From positions 52,700,001-52,764,000 of the forward strand of contig NC_042997.1 of the NCBI RefSeq assembly GCF_006345805.1: a DNA stretch of 64,000 bases, read 5' to 3'. How positions within the stretch are numbered: the stretch's first letter is position 1; every line of letters starts with the position of its first letter. Positions 38,034-50,095 of this stretch are shown in pieces. The notes beneath the pieces are model-generated. The model saw nothing but the letters and a program-made list of their open reading frames with translations, searched no databases and was not told the DNA's origin. The position numbers were made by a program, and so were the translations under genes. The DNA comes from Octopus sinensis. Its lineage: Eukaryota.

Positions 38034-38654
38034 GTGTGTATGTGTGTGTGTGTGTAATTATAGATATATATTACAATATTACAATAACCAATAATATTTT
38101 GTGCGTGTATTGTAATATTACGATCTTGAAATTAGCATTAGCTTACCTTACTCTTTCTCGCAGAACTCCTAGGGACGTTTTGCGGAACCTTAGGATTCCA
38201 AGGAACCCCGATTGAGAAACGCTGCTTTAGTAGAAGACACTTGGCCAAGGTATCATGCAATGGGACTGAACCTGGAACCATGTCGTTGGGAAGCAAGCTC
38301 TCTATCACGCAGCCACGCCTGAGGACGGCGAATTGGTAGGATCATTAAACCCTTCACATCTTTATGTAGCTTGCTTCGGGGATAGACTTAATCCATCGCC
38401 TCATTTGACACTGTCACATGCTTTTAGCAAACCTCACTTTGATGCAAGCATTCAAGCCTGGTACCGAGTTTGCGATTATTTTCCTAAAACCGAAGGCCCT
38501 GAAAAGAGCCGTGACCACCAACAGATCATTGATTCCTTCCTTTTCATTCATTCATTCATTCATTCATTCAATCATACTTACATACAAACATACATTTGCG
38601 TATAATTTGGATGCTATGCCAGAGGATTTACAACTGTTAGATGTTCTACATGTA

Positions 38655-38686
<32 letters not shown>

Positions 38687-39287
38687 TATATATATATATG
38701 AATAATGAATTTATTATATTCAAATTATTATTAATGTTAAGATTTATTTTCATAAAATGTATTTCCATGTAATGAAGCACCTGTAACATCGTCTTTTCTG
38801 TCTTTGTTTTAATACGCATACACGCATACTTATATATATCGCTTATCGAGATGAATACCGCAATTTTCTGGCCTTCTACAGTATATCCACAATAAATAAG
38901 ATATACAAAATGCTATTTTGAACTAGCACTATTTCTGTCGCCAATAACGAATTCTTACCGAGCCTGCTAGCTATTTGTTCTTCATGTATAATTTGATACG
39001 ATAACAGACAATATACATATGTACGTACATACATACATGCATACATATGTGTGTGTGTATATATATATAAAAGTATGTATGAATATAAATTTGTAGTGTA
39101 TCTATGTATGCATATATGTATGTATCTATCTACCTACCTATCTCTGTCTGTCTGTCTGCCTCTTTCTTCCTTTCTCCCCCTCTCTCTCTCCCTCTTTATA
39201 TATATATATACATATGTATGAGTGTGTGTGTGTGTGTGTGTGTGTGTCACACATACATATATATTCGTGATATGTAAATGTATGAAT

Positions 39288-39333
<46 letters not shown>

Positions 39334-40114
39334 CCTGTATGCAATTATATACACTCTGACACGCATATACAAATACATACACACACACATATATTCATAC
39401 ATAAGTATGCGTATAGGGAAGTGCATGCAAATTTTCAAAATATATGTATTGGAATTAATGTTATAAAGATGTCTATCGGTGTGTGTAAATGTTAATAAAA
39501 TCTACATGAATTCAAGAATATGGCGATCTTATGAATGTCGGTAATGTTGATGCATCCAAGGAGCAGGATAAGAGATTTCTGAAAGTCTTAAAGTCATAGT
39601 TGATTTGTTTACTGTCACTGTAAACAGCTGCTGTTGAAAGAAGATGAGTAAACAGCTAGAGCAAAAATGACAAGAAAGATACCAAGATTAAAGTGGAGTT
39701 GTTGAACCTGTTGAAATGGCGCCTAGTTTGATATGTAAAAATGTTGGTAGCAAAAACATTGATAACCAAAAATAGAAGAAACAAAACATAAAAAGCAGAA
39801 ACAAACGAAAGGAAAGAAGAAAAAAGTGGATGATAAATAAAAATAAAAATATGATTTCGTATATTGAATTCACGAAAACACTGTTAATTGTCAAAAATAT
39901 AAGTATGCAATACTTACACACCTGCATGCAAAGCACAGACACACGCGCTCAGACAGGCACATATAACGCAGAGACATATAGCACCCCCCCCCACACACAC
40001 ACACCTCACATATACACAAATATTGATGTGTAATTTTATAAAGTTTTTAGTATATATTTTATGTAATATAGAATAGGCCATACATCTTATATTTATGCTA
40101 TACATACAAACATT

Positions 40115-40181
<67 letters not shown>

Positions 40182-40187
40182 TATAGA

Positions 40188-40223
<36 letters not shown>

Positions 40224-40327
40224 TGTATGTATGTATGTATGTATGTGTGTATTATAAATCTATATCTATATACATGTACACACACACAAACACACTAGCC
40301 GTTATGTCTGGTCATCAACTCTTTATC

Positions 40328-40366
<39 letters not shown>

Positions 40367-40393
40367 GTATTATATGTATATATATATATATAT

Positions 40394-40457
<64 letters not shown>

Positions 40458-40901
40458 TAAAGTTGTGCCATTCACTATTTGGTTTATATATTTTTATTGT
40501 ACTTAGTACTTGTATTTTACTTACTTGTTTAGCTTGAAATGTTGAAGAAAACTTTCCGCTAAGTCGGAAAGGCAAAACTATTCGGTTCGATTCGGAATTA
40601 CGATCCAATTTCAGAGTGAGCCTAAATATATGTTTATTGAACACAAATATATATACACACACACATACCGATACAGTATTGAAAATAAATACGGTTGTGT
40701 TCTAGTTTTAATTTATTTATTTTCGTACGAGTTTGTTTTTCCAGCCTGTTTGAGATAGTATATTCTCAAATTTACCGTTCGAAATACGAATAGAAAGTTG
40801 ATAAAAAGATAAAGCTAGAACAGTAGCATTCAATGTTCTCGCTCTCTCTTTTTCTCTCTCTCTCACTTATATGCATATATATATATATATATTCCATATA
40901 T

Positions 40902-40944
<43 letters not shown>

Positions 40945-41444
40945 GAGTATGTCGAAGCAATCTCGAATAAAGCATATTCGTGTAAAGTCATATTTAACCT
41001 GACCAAAATACACACAAGTATGAAAAGACCTTTCGCAAGAGAAACTGTCTTGGGAGAAAATTCTCCTCCTAATCGACATGCGCGAAAACACTGTGAATAG
41101 GTTTGTGAATGACATTATTGGATGATAGAAGGCATGTGTTTCTCTGTTATTTTGTGCCGTCAGCTATGAACATCAAATGTGCCCGGTACGTTTGCTAGAA
41201 ATAAAGTTGCCCATGCAATTTATATTTAAATTAGTAGGATTCGTGTAAATTCCACAGAATGGAAAAAATTAAGTGAGGAATTATTAAAAAAAGAAAGGAT
41301 GATTTACATTTTTATAGCATTTATAGCTTAGCTTTTTTAAAATATTCTTTACGTTCGTCTACATTCATTTCCTAACGTTTCCGACGGTGGTCTTTTGCCT
41401 CTTTTTGTTACATCTTCTCGCTGTTCCTCTGCGATGTATGCTCT

Positions 41445-41952
41445 ACTAGCAGTATCGCCCACGTTGCTCGGTTTGTAAGGGAAATAACTATATAAGCATT
41501 TTTAGAGAGTTACTTCCCTTATAGATGCCAATTCGGGCTTTCTTAGCCATTTCTGTTTTGGTGTCTTCAAGCCATGAAGTCGTTGTTCTAAAAGAACGCT
41601 GGTCTCCTTGACAACGCTTTACGACGTTGATTTCCTTACACTCCCTTCCCCACAGCTTCACGAGGGAGGGAAGAAGGGGAGAAGCAACACATGTGCAGGT
41701 GTGACCATGGACGCCAACTCCGCCGCCATCGACACACGAAAAAATATGCATAAATGGAATAAAAAATGATGTTAAATTATTTTTAAAATCGTAGACTCAT
41801 CGTAGACGCGCGCTAATACCCAGACGGCTCGATTGAATCACGACTATAAGATACCCGAATTTGGTAAACTGCACCGCCAAATGTGGGAGTAGTTAGGAAT
41901 CTAAATCGAAGGGGACAGACACTCACACAACTACAGTTTTATATATATAGAT
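41445..41952 (+). mobile_element. Helentron-type non-autonomous element
   Basis: 5' end ACTAGCAGTATCGCCCACGTTGCTCGGTTTG. 3' end CCCGAATTTGGT...GACAGACACTCACAC...TTTTATATATATAGAT. Confidence 0.65.
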
Positions 41953-42049
41953 ATCTCTGCATTCTTTCTCGGGCAGCTTGCAACCGTGTTTTTTGTGAAT
42001 CCAGAGTTTAGGCTAAGTTAACCCTTATAAACAAATATAAATTTTTAAA

Positions 42050-42335
42050 GCGAGCAGACGATGTTTTGCAAACAACTTGCTGATGCAAGTGCCTACCAGT
42101 TGAAAGCTCTGTATACTGGATGCTGGCAAGTTTATGGGGTCATCAGGAAAGAATGCGCGCCGTTTCGAGGTCTTCCTCTCAACGGCATCATTGCACACCA
42201 GCCCTCCTCACTGAAATGAGGCCCCACTTGCTAGATCAACTGGGTTTATAAGGGTTGGCTCACTGTTCTTTTCGCCATTGCTCATCGTCACTTTTTAACC
42301 AAATCCAGTAGCTTGCCTTCTCCACTAGTCTGAAT
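42050..42335 (-). mobile_element. 3' end of an RLE-type (NeSL/HERO-like) LINE
   Basis: The minus strand translates FRLVEKASYWIWLKSDDEQWRKEQ* (cf. AExASxWxWxKRxxxxW), followed by UTR-like sequence. Confidence 0.5.
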
Positions 42336-43521
42336 ATCACTCATGATAATATTTGCGATGATCGCTATGAAAACAAATTTGTTCAATAAAAAATACTTTT
42401 CAATATCAACACACCACCATCACTATCTACTTCTTTCTCTCTTTTTTCTCTCTCTCTCTCAATATAACTGCTTTCCCTGTCCATCTCTCTCTATCTACCT
42501 TTCCCTTCATCTAACTTTTAAATCACGTAATAAGTAATTTCACCCCACCACACGCTGTTAACACTTCTCTCACTCTTTTTCTCTCGTTCTTCGCCTCTGC
42601 CTTCAGCTGACCACTTGACCACTTAGCTAAAGTGTATTAATATTAATCACCTTTCTCCACATCTTCTCTTCTTTCCTCCTCCTCTCCTCCTCCTCCTCCT
42701 CCTCCTCTCCTCCTCCTCTCTCTCTCTCTCTCACACACGCACACACTCTTACTCCACCTCTCACTCACTCTACCTTTCTAACTAACTAATGCATAACGGG
42801 CGAACGAACAAGCAGATTATTATATAGATTGCATGATAAATAAGCAGTATTTAGAACTCCATATACATTCTTATATATCCAAAAAGGAAACCACGAGGGT
42901 GTCTTGTCTGCGTTTCCTTTGATTTATCTCTAAGTCGCATAGATCAGTGAGTACATATAGAAAAGGTAATGGAACACGAGTAAGATTATTTTATAAATAA
43001 TGCATTTATGCTATTTTATCCGCATTTCATTAACAATGGGAAAATATTAGTTATTGCATGGTCAAATTTTCAAAGATTAAATAACAATCATTAGTAACCT
43101 TTATAGTTTATATGAAAACGTTTTAAGCTACTGAATATAATTTGAGCTATAAATAATAGTTCCTATACCTTAGTATACTTAGAGCTATTATTTATAGATT
43201 CATTTGCATCTGAGCAGTTACTTCAAAAGAATTAATTTCAAATTTCACAGTGCTTCAAACGAACCAAAACATGCGCACGCGTGTATGTGTGCATGGATGT
43301 ATATGTGTAAATATATATAATTGTGGAGATGCTCCATAGACTCTCACTGAAAGCGTCGTTATTCATAGCTTATGGCTCTGGGTCATAAATTTGTCAGTTC
43401 AAGTGAGTCGATGCATGTACTCTGTTACAGGTACCTAATATCAATAGTAACAGAAATGAATAGAAGAAACCTAGTCTTTACTACCATATCTCACTCACTC
43501 TGCTTTAATATTTGTTTCCCA

Positions 43522-43975
43522 ATAAGGCAGTGAACTGGCAGAATCGTTAGCATGCCAGGCGAAATGCTTAGCGGCATTTCGTACGTCTTTCCGCTCTGAC
43601 TTCATATTCCACCGAGGCGGAGTTTAGCTTTCATTCGTTCGGGGTCGATGAGATAAATACCTATTTCTTTACTACCTACAAGGGGTTAAACACAGAGAGG
43701 ACAAACAAAGACTGACAAACGGATTAAGTCGATGATATCGACCTCAGTGCGTAACTGGTACTTATTTAATCGCCCCCGAAAGGATGAAAGCCAAAGTCGA
43801 CCACAGCGAAATTTGAACTCAGAACGTAACGGCAGATAAAATACCGCTAAGCATTTCGCCCTGCGTGCTAACGATTCTGCCAGCTCACCGCCTTATCGAT
43901 GAGAAAAATACCACTTGAGTACTGGGGTCGATGCAATCAACTTAACCCCTCACCCCAAATTGCTGGCGTTGTGCA
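43522..43975 (+). mobile_element. Family-A SINE interrupted by an inverted family-A SINE
   Basis: The head spans 43522-43661 and the tail spans 43896-43975. Confidence 0.85.
43662..43895 (-). mobile_element. Full-length family-A SINE nested in another, 17-bp TSD
   Basis: TSD TCGATGAGATAAATACC (43645-61) / TCGATGAGAAAAATACC (43896-912). Confidence 0.88.
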
Positions 43976-44189
43976 AAAATTGTGCAAATATTTTTTGTTT
44001 TTGTATGTTTGTTTTCCGCATTGGTGTTTGATTCTAATGCATTTGTAATTCTTTTTACTTTCTTACTTTAGAGGTCCACTATCGCCTGATGACATCGTAG
44101 GTGCGACATCATGGCATATGGCCCGTGGTGGGCATTTCTAAACCCATTCCTCTCCAGATTTGAACACAGCTGATTTCTAGTAGTGAAGG

Positions 44190-44538
44190 AGAGGAGAAGA
44201 GAGAGGAAAAAGGTAAAGAGAAGAAGAAAGAAGAAGAAGAAGAAGAAGAAGAAGAGAAGAAGAAGAGAAGAAGAAGAAGAAGAAGAAAGAAGAAGAAAGG
44301 ACGAAGAAGAAGAAGAAGAAAGAAGAAGAAGAAGAAGAAGAAGAAGAAGAAGAAGAAGAAGAGAAGAAGAGAAGAAGAAGAAAGAAGAAGAAGAAGAAAG
44401 AAGAAGAAGAAGAAGAAGAAGAGAAGAAGAAGAGAAGAAGAAGAAGAAGAAGAAAGAAGAAGAAGAGAAGAAGAGAAGAAGAAGAAGAAGAAGAAGAAGA
44501 AGAAGAAGAAGAAGAAGAAGAAGAAGAAGAAGAAGAAG
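44190..44538. repeat. ~350-bp imperfect (GAA)n polypurine tract
   Basis: Seen directly. It is almost purely A/G. Confidence 0.97.
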
Positions 44539-44732
44539 GCTTTAATGATAAACTGGTACATTCGAAATTGTACCATTTTCAAAGTATAAACTCATGTTTA
44601 TGTCGAGAAGTAGTTTAATTTGTGTCCTGAGAATATGCTTCTCTGTTTGTCTGTCTGTCTGTCTCTCTCATTGATACTCTTTGTAGCCGCTCATACAACA
44701 CACACTTATATGCATGCCATGAGAGAGAGAGA

Positions 44733-44782
<50 letters not shown>

Positions 44783-45059
44783 AGAGATATGAGATGTGAT
44801 GTGAGATAGATTGATAGACAGAGAGAAAGAAGTCTTCTATGCAAGGAGATATATATAAAAAAAAATTAGTTGAAAAAGTACTTGAATTCCTTGGATTATT
44901 TTTCTACATTTTCTAAACCGGTTCCACAACTATTATGAGCGAAGTAAAATATGATGTCTTACCTTCTTTGAAAAAGCAGATATGTTAGCATCGATTGACT
45001 TTGCATAGCTACTTCAAACGCGGTTTGTATCCTTAATTCACTTTTGAACATAATATATA

Positions 45060-45931
45060 CGAAGTGCGTTCAAAATGTATCCGACTTGATTTTGTCCCGT
45101 CAAAACTAATATCGTGAGGGCAAATTCCCTTGGATGGGAGGTAATGCCACCGTTCCTGCGCATGTGTGAACATGTTCGCGCCAGTAGGCCGTGTCAGTTC
45201 CCAGCTGTTACGTCTTGAGTATAGATGTGCAGTATGTGCTCATCGGGTTTTCGTTTTGAAAGAACGCATCGAGTAGAGATATTGTCTCAAGTTTAGCCAA
45301 AAGCTTGGTGATACTGATGCTCAAACCACTCAGAAGATTCACCAGGCTTTGCTCATGATGCCATGGTCAAAACTCAGGTCAAGGAGTGATATAACCTTGG
45401 ACAGTGAAGCTCGCTCAGGCAGGCCACCCAAATGTCGAAATGAGGAGCCGATTGAGTAGGTTCAGCGAATACTCATGGAAGGCCACCGTGAAGCAATCAA
45501 GGAAATTGGTCACAAAATAGGAATAAAGCATTCTATTTTAACGTTGGATTTGTAACGGCGGAGAGTGTCGGCAAAATTCGTTCTCAAGGTGCTGGCGGAA
45601 CAGTAGCAGCAACTCTACACGGAAATCGCTCAGAACATACTGAACTGTGCAAATCATGACCCAGACTTCATGAAGACCATCATCACTGGTGATGAGACAT
45701 GGGTTTATGGCTTCTGCTCGATGCGTGTGGTCATCTTGCATGAAAACGACGAGCGCGCACTACACTTCTATACTCTAGGCGTAACAGACAGGAACTCACG
45801 CGGCCTACCTGCACGAAAATGTTCATACATATACACGAACGGTAGCGTCACCTCCCACCCGAAGGCTTTTACTCATGCGGCACCAGTTTTGGCGGGTAAA
45901 ATAAAATCAGATACTTTTTGAACGCACCTCG
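45060..45931 (+). mobile_element. Mariner derivative with ~217-bp inverted arms and an N-terminal transposase remnant
   Basis: Both ends carry TA and TIRs (CGAAGTGCGTTCAAAATGTATC / GATACTTTTTGAACGCACCTCG). Remnants translate as RYCLKFSQKLG, ARSGRP, RRVSAKFV and DPDFMKTIITGDETWVYGF. 45714-45931 is an inverted homologue of 45060-45276. Confidence 0.85.
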
Positions 45932-46325
45932 TATATCCAATTGTAGTTTGGCACGTTCATTAGTTAAGAACTACAGTTCTTAATTAATACACTTTTATTT
46001 CATTCGTATTTAATGGGTAATATTATTAGTACATTAGCACAATGCGAAAAGCTTGACTTTTGGGGGAATATATTTGCCACAGATATATCCAAATGTTCAT
46101 TAACGGGTATTTGTCGGGTGTTACCAATGCGTTTATACACGTTTACGCAGATACATTTACAACAATTAGGTATTTTATCTGTTTATGATAAGAAAAACTG
46201 ATAAGCAACAATTGCAATTACTATGTACCAACTGTTGTTATCACCAAATTAAGAGTACTCTATATTTGCATAGCATTAAAAAGTATAGATCACAGAATAA
46301 AATAAGGATAACCAAGCTCTTCAAA

Positions 46326-46507
46326 TAAACACAGAGGGGACAAACAAAGACAGACAAATGGATTATGTTGATTACATCGACCCCAGTGCTTAACTGGTAC
46401 TTAATTTATCGACCCCGAAAGGATGAAAGGCAAAGTTGACCTCGGCGGAATTTGAACTCAGAACGTAACGGCAGACGAAATACGGCTACGCATTTCGCCC
46501 GGTGTGC
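46326..46507 (-). mobile_element. Family-A SINE (truncated at both ends)
   Basis: Reverse complement of the consensus: ATCGACCCCAGTGC..CTGGTACTTAATTTATCGACCCCGAAAGGATGAAAGGCAAAG. Confidence 0.85.
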
Positions 46508-46780
46508 TTTATGATAACCACTATACTAGACACACATTCTTTAGTATCATGAAAATCTTTGATGCGACCAATTCAAGATATTAAAAAGAAAATAAATCTC
46601 TAGCAGTATTATAATTCTATATGTTAATAATTGTATAAACCTTTTAAATTGATATTAGTTGACGAGATTAAGGAAGAAAAATCTCCAGAGGCTTGACGTC
46701 ATCTTAGAGAATGCATGGAACCGCTAGCGATGTGGAGCACTGGTGAACCTAGCCGGCTCTACGATCTATGACGTCTGTGG

Positions 46781-47029
46781 CGGCGAGCTGGCAGAAAAGG
46801 CGGCGAGCCGGCAGAAACGTTAGCACACCGGGCGAAATGCTTAGCGGTATTGCGTCTGTCATTGCGATCTGAGTTCAAATTTCGCCGAGCTCGACTTTGC
46901 CTTTCATCCTTTCAGGGTCGATAAATTAAGTACCAATTACGCACTGGGGTCGATGTAATCGACTTAATCCGTTTGTCTATCCTTGTTTGTCCCCTCTATG
47001 TTTAGTCCCTTGCGGGCAATAAAGAAACA
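46781..47029 (+). mobile_element. Family-A SINE with duplicated head and perfect 18-bp TSD
   Basis: GATCTATGACGTCTGTGG occurs at 46763-80 and 47030-47. The head GGCGGCGAGCYGGCAGAAA occurs twice. Confidence 0.9.
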
Positions 47030-47125
47030 GATCTATGACGTCTGTGGGACCACTAACTTGGTATGACCCCAGCCCCATCAAGCAATAACATGAAGCAAAC
47101 AAGTATTAATATTAGTTATAAACAT

Positions 47126-47575
47126 AAGGCGGCGAGCTGGCAGAATCGTTAACGCGACGGGTAAAATGCTTAGCGGCATTTCGTCCGTTTCTGTCGAGGT
47201 TGATTTTGCCTGTTAACCCTTTCAGGATCAATAAAATATTGGGTCATCACATAAATAAAGTCATTTGGACGGAAAAAATATGAATTCTGTAGACGAGGTC
47301 AAAACAGTATTGGGAGGATTATTTTTCGTTACAGACAAGTGAATTTTGGAAAAGGGGCTTGCAAGTTTACCAGATAGATGGAAGAGCATTACAGAAAATG
47401 AAGGAGAGTATATTTTAAATTAAAAAAGAACTTTGTCTTAATTTTGAAAAATAGAAGTATAAAAAACTACATTATTTATGGGATGACCCAATAAATACCA
47501 GTTGAACACGGTTCGATGTAATCGACTTAACTCAACCCCCGAAATTGCTGGCCTTGTGCCAAAATTTGAAACCAA
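47126..47575 (+). mobile_element. Family-A SINE split by a mariner MITE
   Basis: The head spans 47126-47238 and the continuation AATACCAGTTG..GATGTAATCGAC..GCCTTGTGCC starts at 47494. Confidence 0.8.
47239..47491 (+). mobile_element. 253-bp internally deleted mariner, TA TSD
   Basis: TIRs are TTGGGTCATCACATAAATAA and TTATTTATGGGATGACCCAA. The interior retains the transposase C-terminus (WKRGLASLPDRWKSITENEGEYIL). Confidence 0.88.
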
Positions 47576-49524
47576 CATTAGCTAGAGACATACAATATTA
47601 TTCTTCATGAAAATTAATGATTAAATTTAAAATCAAGTTATTCAGATATTTAGTTTCTATAGAATTACAAGAGAGTTTTGAATAATATTTTGCTATATCA
47701 CGGGAAAGGCATTGTGCCAATAATAAATACAGACACACCGGTTCTGTTTCACGGCTTTATTATTTAGTTGTCAATTGCTTAACTATGAAATCAATTAATT
47801 AATCGATTGCTTGATTAATTGTTCGGTCGATAACTCAATCAATTAGGTTTGTCAAAGTCCTTTCGTCGCCATTTGCTACCTCATCAATGACATACCTTCT
47901 CTACTCCAGCTCTATCTGTTCGAATATTTCCAATTATATCTTATTCATTTATTCGTCACTATTTTCTCTCCAATATTAATCAATGAAACGTATATCCATT
48001 GTTTATCCGAGGATACTGAACACATTGAGAAAGAACATCTTAAGGAAATGAAATCCGTTCTATACTGACAGGAAACACATCTCCTAAGTTTGTGTATTCT
48101 AAGAAAACTAATCATCTTCACTGGCGCCGCCGCCGCCGTCGTTGTTTTCGTTGTCGCTGTCATCATCATCGCCGACCCCCCACCACCTCCAGGTCAGGAT
48201 TTGTGCAGTTTCCTTGTTGCAGTAAATAAAGTGAACCTTTATACAGATGTCATAAAGGAATCTAACTTTAAAAAATAACGTCGAGTAAAGTACACTGTAT
48301 GATGGTTGGCATTGGTGGCGAAGTTTAATCTTCGAAACAAAGAAAGGGGTGAGTCAAACCTCTGTGATTCTTGTGAAAAAGGAAAAAAAAATGAATTAGT
48401 TGAGTATGCTAGGGGGGATTGCTGTGAGGAAACCTAGAAGGATAGAAAAACTCGATAATTTTAAACCTGTTGTTTATCACCAAATGATAAAAAAATACTG
48501 GAGATGATAAAAGGTGAGAAGAAAGAAAAAATGAAGAAAATGCAAAGAAAAAATAAGAGAAAGAAAGCAGAAACCTAAAGGACATTGTAACGGTGGTCGA
48601 AGAAGGTTGTTAGCAACACTGTGAAGGCTCAGTCCAGCATAAAAAATTTTTACATTATTATTTTTGGTTTAAAATTTTATATTACACAAAACCATAAAAA
48701 TCTTGTCAGGAAGCATTAACTGTTATTATTTCCTGCTTTAAGCTTTATTTTAGCTGACATGACATATTTGTGGAATCAAATGGCTGATTATGCCTTCGTA
48801 GGGACTCCCTTTAGGGATCAGTTTCTGTTTTCTGTTTCCAGAGATAGCCAAACCCTAAAGTTGTTGGCTTTAAAAAGTAACTGAAAAAAAGTGACCTTGT
48901 GGACAGCACCAGCTAAATTTGATAATCGACTATAAGTTAGTGATTGCAGCTCCAGCTGTTTAAACTTATTGCTTCTCATTTGCGCATGAAAAAGAGATCA
49001 ATGACTGCGATAGAGCATGTGGAGATAATAATTGCACTCTGGATGTCACTGATACAATTTCCTCGAATAGAAACAAAAAAAGCCTGCAAATGTTTCTTTG
49101 CATATTGACATTCATATTGGGAACCAATAGGATACACAAGTAATGTACAATCAAAACACAATCGATGTATAATGTAAATTCACCAATACTAGAAACTTCC
49201 ATAATAAATATTCGAGAAGTGTATCTTAGATTAGTCAACATAACAGGCTTCGTTTATTTTCCAAGTTTCAACCCCAAGAAGGATTGAACTCAGTACCATT
49301 AGTTAACAAGATATTTCAAAATACAATATTGCCGAGGACGGTAGATTGGTTGAGTCAATAGAGCATCGATCAGGTTGGTTGTATTTAGATGTTATACACT
49401 TGAGATACTTATGTACTTCTACAACTAATGATTAAAGACATGCATGTACCCCACTTTGTGTATTAATTTCTGTTTCTCTTGTTTGTACCGTCATATCTAT
49501 ATAATAGTTTCAAAATTTGGTACA

Positions 49525-49925
49525 AATCAGTTTTAGTGGAGGATAAATCGATTACATTGACCTCAGTGCTTAACTGCTCTTTATTTTATCGACACTGAAA
49601 GGATAAAAGGAAAAGTTGACCTCAATGAAATTTGAACTCAGAACGCAATCAGCCGCAAGAATTTCCATTAAGCAATTTTTTCGATGTTCTAACAATTCTG
49701 TCAGATCGCCGCCTTACCAAATCTGTATACTTTTTTTTTACTATAGATACAAGGCCAGCAGTTTTAGGAGAAGTGGGTAAGTTAATTACATCGACCACAG
49801 TGTGCATCTGGTACTTATTTTATCGACCCCATAAGGATGAAAGGCAAGGTCGACCTTGGCAGCTTTTAAACTCAGAACGTAAACACGGACGAAATGCTGC
49901 TAAGCATTTTCTCCGGCGTGCTAAT
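49525..49925 (-). mobile_element. Two diverged family-A SINE copies (~49525-49715, ~49750-49925)
   Basis: Both carry TTATCGAC..AAGGAT(G/A)AAAGG..TGAACTCAGAACG or AAACTCAGAACG and CTAAGCA-like motifs. Confidence 0.75.
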
Positions 49926-49949
49926 CATACCCATATAAAAACGATAAAC

Positions 49950-50095
49950 GTCGCCCTTTTCAAGCCTAGCTAGGCTCATGGCCCAATTTCCCGGTTTCTG
50001 TGGCGTATGTGTTCCTCCCCAGCTGGACGGGACGCCAGTCCATCGCAGCGTTACTCAAGAAACAGGAAGAGAGAGTGAGAGAAAGTTGTGGCGAA
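49950..50095 (-). mobile_element. Family-C SINE 3' half (V-domain-like)
   Basis: Reverse complement of 62530-62670 (CCAGCTGGACGGGACGCCAGTCCATCGC). Confidence 0.8.

Larger units (their letters stand above)
36826..38224. mobile_element. Non-autonomous hAT (Charlie-like) element, 1399 bp, 8-bp TSD
   Basis: TIRs are CAGTGTTTCTCAAC and ATTGAGAAACGCTG. The TSD is CTATAGTA (36818-25) / CTTTAGTA (38225-32). Subterminal GGAACCC motifs are present at both ends. Confidence 0.88.
36745..38322 (-). mobile_element. Family-B SINE split by a hAT insertion (pieces 36745-36825 and 38225-38322)
   Basis: The pieces rejoin as ...GGCTTTGGTCGGCCCGAAGCTATAGTA|GAAGACACTTGGCCAAGG...GGGACTGAACCTGGAACCATG, which matches the family-B consensus. 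Confidence 0.88.

Noticed and set aside
40940-41100. Possible decayed C2H2 zinc finger (IHTSMKRPF...RHARKH)
   Set aside because: The zinc-binding cysteines are absent and the similarity is too weak.
42135-42185. GAAAC...CTGATGA on the minus strand (permuted hammerhead?)
   Set aside because: There are only 15 nt for two hairpins and no stem II pairing.
44109-44582. Poly-R/E/K and poly-F/L/S ORFs
   Set aside because: These are translations of the (GAA)n tract.
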